Assembly (NCBI GenBank): GCA_021812345.1
Contig: JAKANP010000005.1
Coordinates: 1-56,359 of the forward strand
Reading direction: 5' to 3'
DNA from: a bacterium
GTDB taxonomy: Bacteria > Patescibacteriota > Minisyncoccia > UBA6257 > JAGOQP01
DNA: 56,359 nt
Numbering within the stretch: position 1 is the first letter of the stretch; every line of letters starts with the position of its first letter. A model generated the notes under the pieces. That model was not told the origin of the DNA. It searched no databases and worked only from the letters and a program-made list of their open reading frames with translations. The position numbers and the translations under genes were made by a program. Positions 39,063 through 47,856 of the stretch are shown here, one piece after another.

Positions 39063-39755
39063 ATGTCAGATTTATCTCAATTACAAAAAAAACTTGGGGT
39101 TGATTTTAAAAATGAAGATTTATTAAAAGAATCTTTAACTCATCGGTCCTATCTTAATGAAAATCCTTCGTGGAATTTGCCTCATAACGAAAGGTTGGAA
39201 TTTTTAGGTGATGCGGTTTTGGAATTAATAACCACCGACTATCTTTATAGAAATTATCCTTCTTATGATGAAGGGCGTCTTACCAGTATTCGGGCAGCTC
39301 TGGTTAATTATCAATCTCTTTCAAAGCTGGCAAAAGTGCTTGACGTTGAAGATCATCTTTTAATGTCAAAGGGAGAATCCAAAGACACTGGCAAGGCGCG
39401 TGAAGTTATTTTGGCCAATGCTTTTGAATCAATTTTGGGAGCTATTTATTTGGATGGAGGATATAAAATTGCCGAAAAATTTGTCAGTCAAAATGTTCTT
39501 TCGGAAGTTGAAAGCATAGTAAAGATGAACTTGGATAAAGACGCAAAAAGTTTATTTCAGGAAATGTCTCAGGAAAAATTCAAAATAACTCCTTTATACA
39601 AAGTTATCGATGAATACGGTCCGGATCACCACAAAACTTTTGTTGTCGGAGTTTATCTGGGGGATAATATGATTGCTCAAGGGTCGGGGCTTTCAAAGCA
39701 AGAAGCGGAATTGGACGCCGCCAGAAAAGGACTTCATGTTTTTAAAACGTCTTGA
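39063..39755 (+). CDS. rnc: Ribonuclease III
   Basis: NERLEFLGDAVL signature plus dsRBD. Confidence 0.97.
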   Translation: MSDLSQLQKKLGVDFKNEDLLKESLTHRSYLNENPSWNLPHNERLEFLGDAVLELITTDYLYRNYPSYDEGRLTSIRAALVNYQSLSKLAKVLDVEDHLLMSKGESKDTGKAREVILANAFESILGAIYLDGGYKIAEKFVSQNVLSEVESIVKMNLDKDAKSLFQEMSQEKFKITPLYKVIDEYGPDHHKTFVVGVYLGDNMIAQGSGLSKQEAELDAARKGLHVFKTS

Positions 39756-41937
39756 AATAAACGGATTTAAATCGTTTGCTCAAAAAACCGTTTTTGAATT
39801 TCCGACGGGTATTGTGGCAATTGTCGGACCAAACGGTTCCGGTAAATCAAATATCATTGATGCGGTTAGGTGGCTTTTAGGGGAACGCGAGGCCAAAAAT
39901 TTGCGTGGAGATAAGATTGAAGATTTGATTTTTGCCGGAACGGCAAAGAAGCCCAAGATGTCTATGGCTCAGGTGAGTCTGGTTTTTGATAACTCGTCCG
40001 GCAAGTTGCCGGTTGACTTTAAAGAAGTTTCGGTTTCCAGAAAAATCAGCAGAAATGGAAACTCTCAATATTTTATAAATGACACCGAAGTGAGATTAAA
40101 AGATGTTATAGATTTTTTTGCTAAAATAAAATTAGGTTCAAAAGGTTTGACTATTATAGGCCAAGGCTCAAGCGACTTGTTTGTAAGGGCTCTTCCGGCA
40201 GACAGAGTGATGATGGTTGAAGAAATACTGGGATTAAGAGAGTTCCAACTAAAAAAATCGGAAGCTCAAAGAAAACTTAAAAATACAAAAATAAATTTGG
40301 AAAAAGTCGAAGCAATGGTTCAAGAAGTGGCGCCTCGGCTCAAGATGTTAAAAAGACAAACCGCTAAATGGGAAAAAAGATTTGAAATAGAAAATGAATT
40401 GAAAAATTTGGAAACAGATTTTTACGCGTTCAAGATAAAAAATCTTTACGAAGCGAAAAATAAAACTGCCGGTCCGATTTCCGGTATAGAATCACAACTA
40501 AAGGAAGCGGTTAAAAAATCTTTGGAAATTGAAAAAAATCTGAAAAATCTCGAAGAAAAATCCCTTCTTTCGGGAAAAACCGAAGCTCTTCAAAAAGAAA
40601 AAAAGGATTTATTTATAAAAAAATCTTCTTTGGAAAAAGAAATTTATAAGATAGAAATTCAAATTGAACAACTTAATAAATCCGTTGAAATTCAGGAAAT
40701 TTCCTCGTCTAAATTATTGGAGGCATTAAAAGAAGTTCATGTTCAACTCTCGGAATTTTTATCAGTTGCTTTGCTGGAAGAATTAAAGGAAAAAATAAAA
40801 AGCGTTATCGCTCAAGTGTCTTTAGTTATTAATCCTAAAAAATCTCAACCTCACGAAGAAGATAAAAATCTTTCTTCAAGAAAGAACGAAATTGAAAAAT
40901 TATTAAAAGGAATCGAGAGCGATATAGAAAAAATCGAGCAGTCGGAAATGGAAATTTCAAAAAATGTGGAAGAGTTTAATAAAAACTTCAAAGAAACATT
41001 TACCGAATTGGAATCTCTCAGAAATAAAATCAAAAATTTTGAAGAACAAAAAAACAAAATTATTTTTGAAGGCGAAAAAATAGATTATAAAATAGATGAA
41101 TTAAAAAATTACATCCGTTCTTTTGGGGGAGACTTTTTGCAATATGAAAAATCGGCTTTAAGTCCTTCTTTTGTTATTGATTTTTCTGCGGAGCAATTAA
41201 TTGATTCGGAAAAGAAAATATTCAGATTAAGAGCCGAGCTTTCCAGTATTGGCGAAATAGACGAAGCATTAATAAAAGAAGCCAAAGAAGTCGAGGTTCA
41301 CCATTCTTTCCTGGTAAAAGAATCGGAGGATTTAAAAAATGCTTCCAAAGATTTGGAATTGTTGATAAACGAACTTTCGGTAAGAATTTCGAAAGATTTT
41401 CATTCTTCTTTTAAAAAAGTTAACGAAGCATTCAATAATTTCTTCAGAATTATGTTTGGAGGCGGTTCGGCCAAAATGAAAATAATTCAAAAAGAATCTG
41501 TCTTATCAGATATTAAAAACGAGAGTGAGGAAATTGAAATAACCCAGAAGACGGACGAAACTCAAGAATCTTTGGCTGGATTGGACCTGGAAGTTTCAAT
41601 TCCTCAGAAAAAAATCACCAGTTTGGAAATGCTCTCGGGAGGAGAAAAGAGTTTAGTTTCCATTGCCGCTCTTTTTGCATTAATTTCTGTAAGCCCACCG
41701 CCATTTCTGGTTTTGGATGAAGCTGATTCCGCTTTGGATGAAAAAAATTCAAAGAGATTTTCAGATTTAGTTAAAAATTTTTCCGGGGATACCCAATTTA
41801 TTATGGTTACTCATAATCGTGTTTCAATGGAAGCGGCTCAAATTCTTTATGGGATAACTATGGATGAAGGTGGAAGCTCAAAATTACTTTCGCTTAAATT
41901 GGAAGATGCCCAGCCGATTGCGCCGGCAATTAAATAA
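39736..41937 (+). CDS. smc: SMC-family chromosome segregation ATPase, shortened
   Basis: GFKSF, GPNGSGKSN, LSGGEK, LDEADSALD; ATG at 39736; follows rnc. Confidence 0.88.
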   Translation: MFLKRLEINGFKSFAQKTVFEFPTGIVAIVGPNGSGKSNIIDAVRWLLGEREAKNLRGDKIEDLIFAGTAKKPKMSMAQVSLVFDNSSGKLPVDFKEVSVSRKISRNGNSQYFINDTEVRLKDVIDFFAKIKLGSKGLTIIGQGSSDLFVRALPADRVMMVEEILGLREFQLKKSEAQRKLKNTKINLEKVEAMVQEVAPRLKMLKRQTAKWEKRFEIENELKNLETDFYAFKIKNLYEAKNKTAGPISGIESQLKEAVKKSLEIEKNLKNLEEKSLLSGKTEALQKEKKDLFIKKSSLEKEIYKIEIQIEQLNKSVEIQEISSSKLLEALKEVHVQLSEFLSVALLEELKEKIKSVIAQVSLVINPKKSQPHEEDKNLSSRKNEIEKLLKGIESDIEKIEQSEMEISKNVEEFNKNFKETFTELESLRNKIKNFEEQKNKIIFEGEKIDYKIDELKNYIRSFGGDFLQYEKSALSPSFVIDFSAEQLIDSEKKIFRLRAELSSIGEIDEALIKEAKEVEVHHSFLVKESEDLKNASKDLELLINELSVRISKDFHSSFKKVNEAFNNFFRIMFGGGSAKMKIIQKESVLSDIKNESEEIEITQKTDETQESLAGLDLEVSIPQKKITSLEMLSGGEKSLVSIAALFALISVSPPPFLVLDEADSALDEKNSKRFSDLVKNFSGDTQFIMVTHNRVSMEAAQILYGITMDEGGSSKLLSLKLEDAQPIAPAIK

Positions 41938-41999
41938 ATAAGTTGACTTTTTTAAATTTTGTCGTTAGAATCTTATAACTTAAATTATAAATTAATCAT

Positions 42000-42353
42000 A
42001 TGATTTCAATAAAACTCAGACCGGTGGGAAAAAGAAAGCAGATTTCTTACAGAATCGTAATTCTGCCTAAAAAATCAAAACTTGTCGGAAAATACATTGA
42101 TGATTTGGGATGGTATAATCCTCACACCGATAAATTTTCCATAAGTTCCGAGAAGGCAAAAAAATGGATTGCCAATGGAGCTCAGCCTACGGATACGGTG
42201 CATAATATTTTAGTTGACGCTAAAATAATATCCGGACCTAAAATACAACTTCATAAAAAATCAAAACAGGAACCATCCGCTTCGGGTGAAATAAAAAATT
42301 CCGGAGAAAATGCAAGCAGTAATTCTTTGCCTGAAACCGAACCTGCCAAATAA
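42000..42353 (+). CDS. rpsP: 30S ribosomal protein S16
   Basis: YRIV...LGWYNP...W...GAQPTDTV. Confidence 0.95.
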   Translation: MISIKLRPVGKRKQISYRIVILPKKSKLVGKYIDDLGWYNPHTDKFSISSEKAKKWIANGAQPTDTVHNILVDAKIISGPKIQLHKKSKQEPSASGEIKNSGENASSNSLPETEPAK

Positions 42354-42418
42354 TTTTTACAACTGGAAAACATTAAAAGAAAAAGGTCGAAAGTTTTGAA
42401 AGTAAAATCAGAAATCTC

Positions 42419-42733
42419 ATGGATTCCTCAAAGGACATAAACTTTCTTGAATTCTTGGTAAAATCAATTGTTGACCATCCGGAAGATGTTAAGGTTGAAA
42501 GAAAAATAGACGAGATGGGTGTTTTATTAAATCTTAAAGTTCACAAAGACGATATGGGACAAGTGGTTGGTCGAAAAGGAGCAACCGCTAAAGCTATCAG
42601 ATCGCTTTTGAGAATTGTCGGTCTTAAAAATAACGCTCGTGTTAATCTTAAAATCTTGGAACCGGAAGGAGGCTCTCAGGAAGGATATTCTTCCAGAGTT
42701 GATCAAGCCATGGAAGATCTCAAGAGTTTGTAA
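42419..42733 (+). CDS. khpA: KH-domain RNA-binding protein KhpA
   Basis: VDHPEDV...DDMGQVVGRKGATAKAIR; follows rpsP. Confidence 0.88.
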   Translation: MDSSKDINFLEFLVKSIVDHPEDVKVERKIDEMGVLLNLKVHKDDMGQVVGRKGATAKAIRSLLRIVGLKNNARVNLKILEPEGGSQEGYSSRVDQAMEDLKSL

Positions 42734-42818
42734 TTTATATCTAAAAATCGCCTGATAAAAAAGGCGGTTTTTAATTGCCAAATTTTGATTTTAATTGTTA
42801 AAAAGATATACTTTAAAC

Positions 42819-43523
42819 ATGAGTGGGCCATTTAAAAATCCATTGGAAAAAGGCGACCTTTTCAAAGAATCGCCATCTTTGTATGAAACTAAAGGGATGG
42901 AGGGAAAGGTAGTAAGAAAAATAGATGCCGATTTGTTTAAAAAAACACTTCCCGAAATAAACAATCCGGCCGAAAAAGCTTTAATTATAAAAAAATTATT
43001 TCAGGAACTTGAAAACTACGGAATAGAAGCGCCTGTTAAGTGGGTGGTGGCGGAAGCTCCAATAGAAGATAAATATCAAGGGCCGGCTCTTTATGCCTTA
43101 ACCGACAAAATAAACGGAACCGAATTTGGCAATATTTCTTTAAATGAAGAAGAAAAAGCATTTGTTAAAATTAAAGATACCATCAATAGTTGGATAGATT
43201 ATATTTCATCAAAACTCGATCAAGACGGATATTTCCTGACCGATATTACCAGGGGCAGACAATATGTTTACGGAAAAAAAGAAGGCGACTTGGAAAATAA
43301 GGTGTATCTGGTTGATACCGATCCTTTTATCAGTAAAGACAAGGATGAATTATTTTTTAATTTTATAATGATTCCCAATGAGATAGATTTTTTGGAAGAA
43401 ACATTTAAAAGAAGATTTGACGAATCCAGGGGGAAATTAAATACCCTTCTGGAAAAAATACAAAACATCCCCAAATTTAAAGGAAAAGATTTTGCCGATA
43501 TTAAAAAAATATTAAACATATGA
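42819..43523 (+). CDS. Hypothetical protein
   Basis: About 234-aa ORF with an ATGA overlap into trmD. Confidence 0.75.
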   Translation: MSGPFKNPLEKGDLFKESPSLYETKGMEGKVVRKIDADLFKKTLPEINNPAEKALIIKKLFQELENYGIEAPVKWVVAEAPIEDKYQGPALYALTDKINGTEFGNISLNEEEKAFVKIKDTINSWIDYISSKLDQDGYFLTDITRGRQYVYGKKEGDLENKVYLVDTDPFISKDKDELFFNFIMIPNEIDFLEETFKRRFDESRGKLNTLLEKIQNIPKFKGKDFADIKKILNI

Positions 43524-44176
43524 AATTTGACATTCTTTCTTCCATACCGAAAGGATTTGGAGAATATTTTAATCAATCGATTATCGGACGTGCTCAAAAG
43601 CAGGGGATTATTGATATTAGAATTCATGACATCAGAGACTGGACAAGCGACAAACATTTTAAAATAGACGATTCTCCGTTTGGCGGAGGACCCGGAATGG
43701 TAATGAAGATTCAGCCGATATATGACGCTGTCGAGTTTTTAAAATCAAAGATTAAAAATAAAAAATCAAAGTTTAACGCCAGAGTTGTTTTATTCAGCAC
43801 CCGCGGAAAAAAATTTACGCAAAAAGAAGCGAAACGTCTTTCCAAATATAAAAATTTGATATTAATTTGCGGACGCTACGAGGGGGTGGATGAAAGAGTC
43901 GCCGAATACATTGCCGATGAAGAAATTTCTGTTGGAGATTTTGTTCTCTCGGGAGGCGAAATTCCGGCGATGATCGTCGTTGACGCCGTTTCCCGTTTTA
44001 TTCCGGGTGTTTTAGGAAAACAGGAATCGCTTGAAGAAATAAAAGGCAGTTATCCGACCTATACCCGTCCGGAAGTTTTTTATCCGAATAAAAAATCAAA
44101 AGGATGGAAAACTCCAAAAATATTAATGTCCGGAAATCATAAAGAAATAGAAAAATGGAGAATAAAAAACAGTTAA
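43520..44176 (+). CDS. trmD: tRNA (guanine-37-N1)-methyltransferase
   Basis: DDSPFGGGPGMV, CGRYEGVDER, SVGDFVLSGGE, SGNH. Confidence 0.97.
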   Translation: MKFDILSSIPKGFGEYFNQSIIGRAQKQGIIDIRIHDIRDWTSDKHFKIDDSPFGGGPGMVMKIQPIYDAVEFLKSKIKNKKSKFNARVVLFSTRGKKFTQKEAKRLSKYKNLILICGRYEGVDERVAEYIADEEISVGDFVLSGGEIPAMIVVDAVSRFIPGVLGKQESLEEIKGSYPTYTRPEVFYPNKKSKGWKTPKILMSGNHKEIEKWRIKNS

Positions 44177-44392
44177 GAGTCGTGAGGTTTTATTATTTGT
44201 TCGGAGCTTGATTTTTGCGATGAGTTTGGATATTATTAATCTAAAGCTGGAGGCTGTCATGAAGATGGTCTTCTAAATATAATTAAAACTTTCGCTATTA
44301 AGCGAAACAGTCAAATTCTGTCTTTTGGAATGGCTTGCCAAATTGAAACGGAATTGGCTGCGTCAAAAACGCAGCGTTGTTTTATAAAGAAT

Positions 44393-45139
44393 ATGGAAAA
44401 AGATACAAATAAAAATGATTCGTCAATTTTGGATATTAAATCCATTGCCGAAAACGAGAATGTCGATGAAGCGACACTTTTAGAGATGGCAAAGGCCGGA
44501 GTTTTTTATGGGCACAAAAATTCAAGAAAAAACCCGAAATTTGACGAATATATTTTTGGGTCCAAGAATGGTGTTGCGATTATTGATTTGGTGAAAACTT
44601 TGAAAGCGATAGATATCGTTGCCGGATTCATAAAGAAAAATGTTTTTGAAAAGAAAACTTTTATGGTTGTCGGCGCTCAACCGGCCGCCAAAGAATCGGT
44701 TTTAAAACTTTCTTCCGCATTGGGAAACTGCCCTTATGTTATCAATCGCTGGATCGGGGGACTAATCACTAATTTTGCCGTAGTGGGTAAAAGAATAGAT
44801 TATTTCAAAAAAAGAAAATTGGATTTGGAGCAGGGAAAATTTGACGGATATACCAAAAAAGAAAAGCTTTTAATTTCAAGAGAAATTGAGAAAATGAAAA
44901 TCATGTTTGAGGGTTTGGAAAACTTTTCCAAGATTCCTGATATTATGTTTGTTGTTGACCCGTCTTTGAAAGGGCATTCAACTGCAGTTCATGAAGCAAT
45001 GATTCAAAAAATGCAGGTTGTAGGAATAATTGATAACGATGATTCTCCCGAAGAAATAAATTACTTCATTCCTGCCAATGATCACGCCAAAGCTTCAATC
45101 GATTGGGTCGTTGATGCTTTAATAAATAAAATAAAATAA
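44393..45139 (+). CDS. rpsB: 30S ribosomal protein S2
   Basis: AGVFYGH, IIDL, RWIGGLITN, IPANDH; ATG at 44393 preferred. Confidence 0.95.
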   Translation: MEKDTNKNDSSILDIKSIAENENVDEATLLEMAKAGVFYGHKNSRKNPKFDEYIFGSKNGVAIIDLVKTLKAIDIVAGFIKKNVFEKKTFMVVGAQPAAKESVLKLSSALGNCPYVINRWIGGLITNFAVVGKRIDYFKKRKLDLEQGKFDGYTKKEKLLISREIEKMKIMFEGLENFSKIPDIMFVVDPSLKGHSTAVHEAMIQKMQVVGIIDNDDSPEEINYFIPANDHAKASIDWVVDALINKIK

Positions 45140-45144
45140 TAAAA

Positions 45145-45585
45145 ATGGATAACTTTATTTTGAAATTAAGAGAAGAAACGGGCGCCGGAGTGATGGATTG
45201 CAAAAGAGCGTTGGATGACGCCGAAGGCGATTATGAAAGAGCCAAGCAGATTATTTTTGAAAGAGGAGTAATTAAGGCGGAAAAAAAATCCGAACGAAAA
45301 ACCGGTTCGGGAGTTCTTGAAACCTATGTCCATAACGGAAGAATCGGAGTTATTTTGGAGTTGCGTTGTGAAACCGATTTTGTCGCCAAGACCGATGTTT
45401 TTAAAGAATTAGCGCATGATCTGGCGATGCACATTGCTTCAATGAATCCGGAAAATGTCGATCAATTAGTCAGTCAGCCGTTTGTTAAAGACGAATCCAA
45501 AACAATCAAGGATTTAGTCACTCAGACCATTGCAAAAACCGGAGAGAATATAAAAATCGAAAGATTTTGCCGATACGAATTATAA
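45145..45585 (+). CDS. tsf: Elongation factor Ts, short form
   Basis: LREETGAGVMDCKRAL, CETDFVA, GENIKIERF. Confidence 0.95.
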   Translation: MDNFILKLREETGAGVMDCKRALDDAEGDYERAKQIIFERGVIKAEKKSERKTGSGVLETYVHNGRIGVILELRCETDFVAKTDVFKELAHDLAMHIASMNPENVDQLVSQPFVKDESKTIKDLVTQTIAKTGENIKIERFCRYEL

Positions 45586-45664
45586 ATTAAAGAATAATCA
45601 AGGGTGACAATTTGAAAGCGTGCATGTATAATAATAATTGAAATTTTTTGATTTAAAATAAAAT

Positions 45665-46030
45665 ATGTCTTTCTTTATATTGGAAATATTTTTTTTCTTG
45701 AGTCTCGGGGCAATCGTGTTTTTGTTTGTCAAAAAATTGCCTTATGTGAGCGATATTCCCCAAAAGGAATTGAATGCCGGCAAATTAAGAAACAGCATAT
45801 TGAATTCGCAGTGGGTGGACAAATTAGACAGCAGGTTTGTTGATTTTTTATCCAAATGGCTCAGAAAAATGAAATTAGCGGTAATGCGTTTGGATAATTA
45901 TGTTTCCAGACATATTGAAAATATAAAACACCGAACTTCCAGAGAAAAAACAACTCAGAATATATTGAAAGAAATAGAAAGCGACGAAAAAATAGAAAAA
46001 AGGGAAGAAGGTGTTGAAAATAAAGATTAG
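45665..46030 (+). CDS. Hypothetical membrane-anchored protein
   Basis: N-terminal TM helix, charged tail. Confidence 0.7.
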   Translation: MSFFILEIFFFLSLGAIVFLFVKKLPYVSDIPQKELNAGKLRNSILNSQWVDKLDSRFVDFLSKWLRKMKLAVMRLDNYVSRHIENIKHRTSREKTTQNILKEIESDEKIEKREEGVENKD

Positions 46031-46036
46031 TTTTTT

Positions 46037-46107
46037 GCCAATGTAGCTCAGCTGGTAGAGCAACGCTAAAGTGTAGGTCACCGGTTCAAATCCGGTAGGT
46101 GGCCTCA
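46037..46107 (+). pseudogene. Chimeric pseudo-tRNA-Thr lacking the anticodon
   Basis: First 28 nt identical to tRNA-Thr(GGT) at 46789; 3' half resembles tRNA-Thr(TGT); anticodon loop deleted; acceptor mispaired. Confidence 0.8.
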
Positions 46108-46165
46108 GAAGCAATTAGATGACCACATTATTAACAGATAATGTGGTTTTTGGTATAATAAAAAT

Positions 46166-46753
46166 ATGAAAATATCAAAAAAATTATTAGAGCAACTTTA
46201 TTTAAAAGAAAAATTATCCGTATCTCAAATAGCTAAGAAACTTAATCGTTCCATAAGCGGAATTAATTATTGGATTGAGATATATAAGATTAAGAAAAGA
46301 ACCATAAGTGAAGCGATTTATTCAAGACATAATCCTAAAGGAGATCCGTTTGTTTTTGTAAAGCCAAAAAATCAAAAAGAATCTGAATTATTTGGGTTAG
46401 GAATCGGCTTATATTGGGGAGAGGGAACAAAAGCTAATAAAAATACAGTAAGAATAGGAAATTCGGATGTTAATATCATTAAAGTGTTTATAAAATTTCT
46501 TAAAATCTTCTTTGGGGTTTCTAAAGAAAAACTAAAGTTCCAATTGCATTTATTTGATGATTTGAATATAAGTGATGCCGAAAAATATTGGCTGGAGAAT
46601 CTTTTTATTAATAAAAATCAATTATACAAAACAATCGTCACAAAAAGTGGTTCTCTAGGAACATATAAGCATAAAAATAAATATGGTGTGATAACATTAT
46701 ATTACGGCAATACTAAATTAAGAAATATTTTAGTAAATATGTTGCCAAAGTGA
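46166..46753 (+). CDS. HTH plus single LAGLIDADG-like endonuclease-family protein
   Basis: N-terminal HTH (LSVSQIAKKLNRSISGINYW); LGIGLYWGEGTK followed by IGNSD...IKVFIKFL. Confidence 0.65.
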   Translation: MKISKKLLEQLYLKEKLSVSQIAKKLNRSISGINYWIEIYKIKKRTISEAIYSRHNPKGDPFVFVKPKNQKESELFGLGIGLYWGEGTKANKNTVRIGNSDVNIIKVFIKFLKIFFGVSKEKLKFQLHLFDDLNISDAEKYWLENLFINKNQLYKTIVTKSGSLGTYKHKNKYGVITLYYGNTKLRNILVNMLPK

Positions 46754-46788
46754 AAAAGTGATGATATTATTTATCTTGTAGAACTATT

Positions 46789-47050
46789 GCCAATGTAGCT
46801 CAGCTGGTAGAGCAACTCCATGGTGAATTTTTGCCCATTTCGACGGAAACGCCGAGACGAATCTCGAATTACGGTTAAAGGCCTTTCTCGGGTTAAGACC
46901 GTAGCGCTTTTGCGCTCGAACGACTGACAAGAGGAGCTAAACTTTTTTTAAAAGCATGCTCAATATACAGTCTAATCCTCTAATAGAGATTTTTTGAAAT
47001 AGAGGTATGAATGAAGGAGTAGGTCGTCGGTTCAATTCCGACCATTGGCT
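46789..47050 (+). tRNA. tRNA-Thr(GGT) interrupted by a group I intron (exons 46789-46824 and 47014-47050)
   Basis: The joined exons give GCCAATG/CATTGGC acceptor, ACTCC-AT-GGT^AA-GGAGT and GTCGG-TTCAATT-CCGAC. Confidence 0.9.
46825..47013 (+). ncRNA. Compact group I intron, 189 nt, after position 36 of tRNA-Thr
   Basis: Exon ends in U, intron ends in G; P7 GACTG/CAGTC in AACGACTGAC...AATATACAGTCT; ACGGTT/GACCGT stem. Confidence 0.82.
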
Positions 47051-47062
47051 CTGATAAATTTT

Positions 47063-47108
47063 AAAAATAAAAAAACGCGGAGTATGTATAGTACCGCGTT
47101 TTTTATTT
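47063..47108. terminator. Bidirectional terminator between the convergent tRNA-Thr genes
   Basis: AAATAAAAAAACGCGG...CCGCGTTTTTTATTT. Confidence 0.65.
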
Positions 47109-47109
47109 G

Positions 47110-47182
47110 AGCCACCTCCCGGACTTGAACCGGGGACCTTCACTTTACAAAAGTGTTGCTCTACCAGCTGAGCTAAGGTGGC
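47110..47182 (-). tRNA. tRNA-Thr(TGT)
   Basis: GCCACCT/AGGTGGC acceptor; CACT-TT-TGT-AA-AGTG. Confidence 0.92.
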
Positions 47183-47460
47183 TTTCTCTTTTCAAACATC
47201 AATAATAAGACTTAAGATTTTATTATTCTGAAGTTTTATTATGTGGGTAGGGTGAGAGTCGGCCTCGCCTCTGTCGCTCGCCGTCGCTCGCGCCAGGGAC
47301 TGACCACCGCCTCGCGCGCTCGTCTTATGACTCGCGCATGCTCCGAGCGTTCGCCTCTCACTTGAAAGCCAAGCAGTTGGCTTTCTCTTTTCAAACATCA
47401 ATAATAAGACTTAAGATTTTATTATTCTGAAGTTTTATTATGTGGGTAGGGTGAGAGTCG
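47179..47460. repeat. 83-bp direct repeat (47179-47261 and 47378-47460) around a 116-bp GC-rich insert
   Basis: TGGCTTTCTC...GGTGAGAGTCG occurs twice and includes the tRNA-Tyr 3' end. Confidence 0.92.
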
Positions 47461-47527
47461 AACTCACGCGGGCACATTGGCCAACGGTTTTACAGACCGC
47501 CCTCGGCCCCTACGAGACTACCTACCC
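47443..47527 (-). tRNA. tRNA-Tyr(GTA) with an atypical D-arm
   Basis: GGGTAGG/CCTACCC plus A73; GCGGT-CT-GTA-AA-ACCGT; long variable arm; GTGAG-TTCGACT-CTCAC. Confidence 0.85.
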
Positions 47528-47652
47528 ATAAAGTATTTATTGCCGTATTTTTAGAATACCAAAATTTATCAATAAATCAAATATCTTGATTTTTATTTTG
47601 AGCTAATGTATTCTTTAAACATTAATTTCAGAAAGTATTTAAATTATAGATT

Positions 47653-47823
47653 ATGGCAAAATCAAAATTTAGCGAAAATTTAACAAAATTAAGATGTTCC
47701 GTTTGCAAGCGGATTAATTATAATACCCGAAAAAACAAAAAAACTTTTGAAGGAAAACTTGAACTTAAAAAATATTGCAGATGGTGTCGCGCTTCCACTA
47801 AACACGTTGAAGCAAAAAGATAA
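47653..47823 (+). CDS. rpmG: 50S ribosomal protein L33 (not in the ORF track)
   Basis: LRCSVCKRINYNTRKNKK...LELKKYCRWCRASTKHVE, 56 aa. Confidence 0.93.
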   Translation: MAKSKFSENLTKLRCSVCKRINYNTRKNKKTFEGKLELKKYCRWCRASTKHVEAKR

Positions 47824-47855
47824 TAAAATCCCGCTCAGAAAGAGCGGGATTTTTT
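47824..47855. terminator. Bidirectional terminator between rpmG and tRNA-Trp
   Basis: AAAATCCCGCTC-AGAAA-GAGCGGGATTTTTT. Confidence 0.75.
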
Positions 47856-47856
47856 G

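Noticed and set aside
44180-44392. rpsB leader regulatory RNA
   Set aside because: Hairpins are present but I cannot match them to the S2 leader consensus by eye
45875-47401. Minus-strand ORFs 45875-46114, 46937-47143 and 47192-47401
   Set aside because: They overlap tRNAs, the intron or repeats, and translate tRNA sequence
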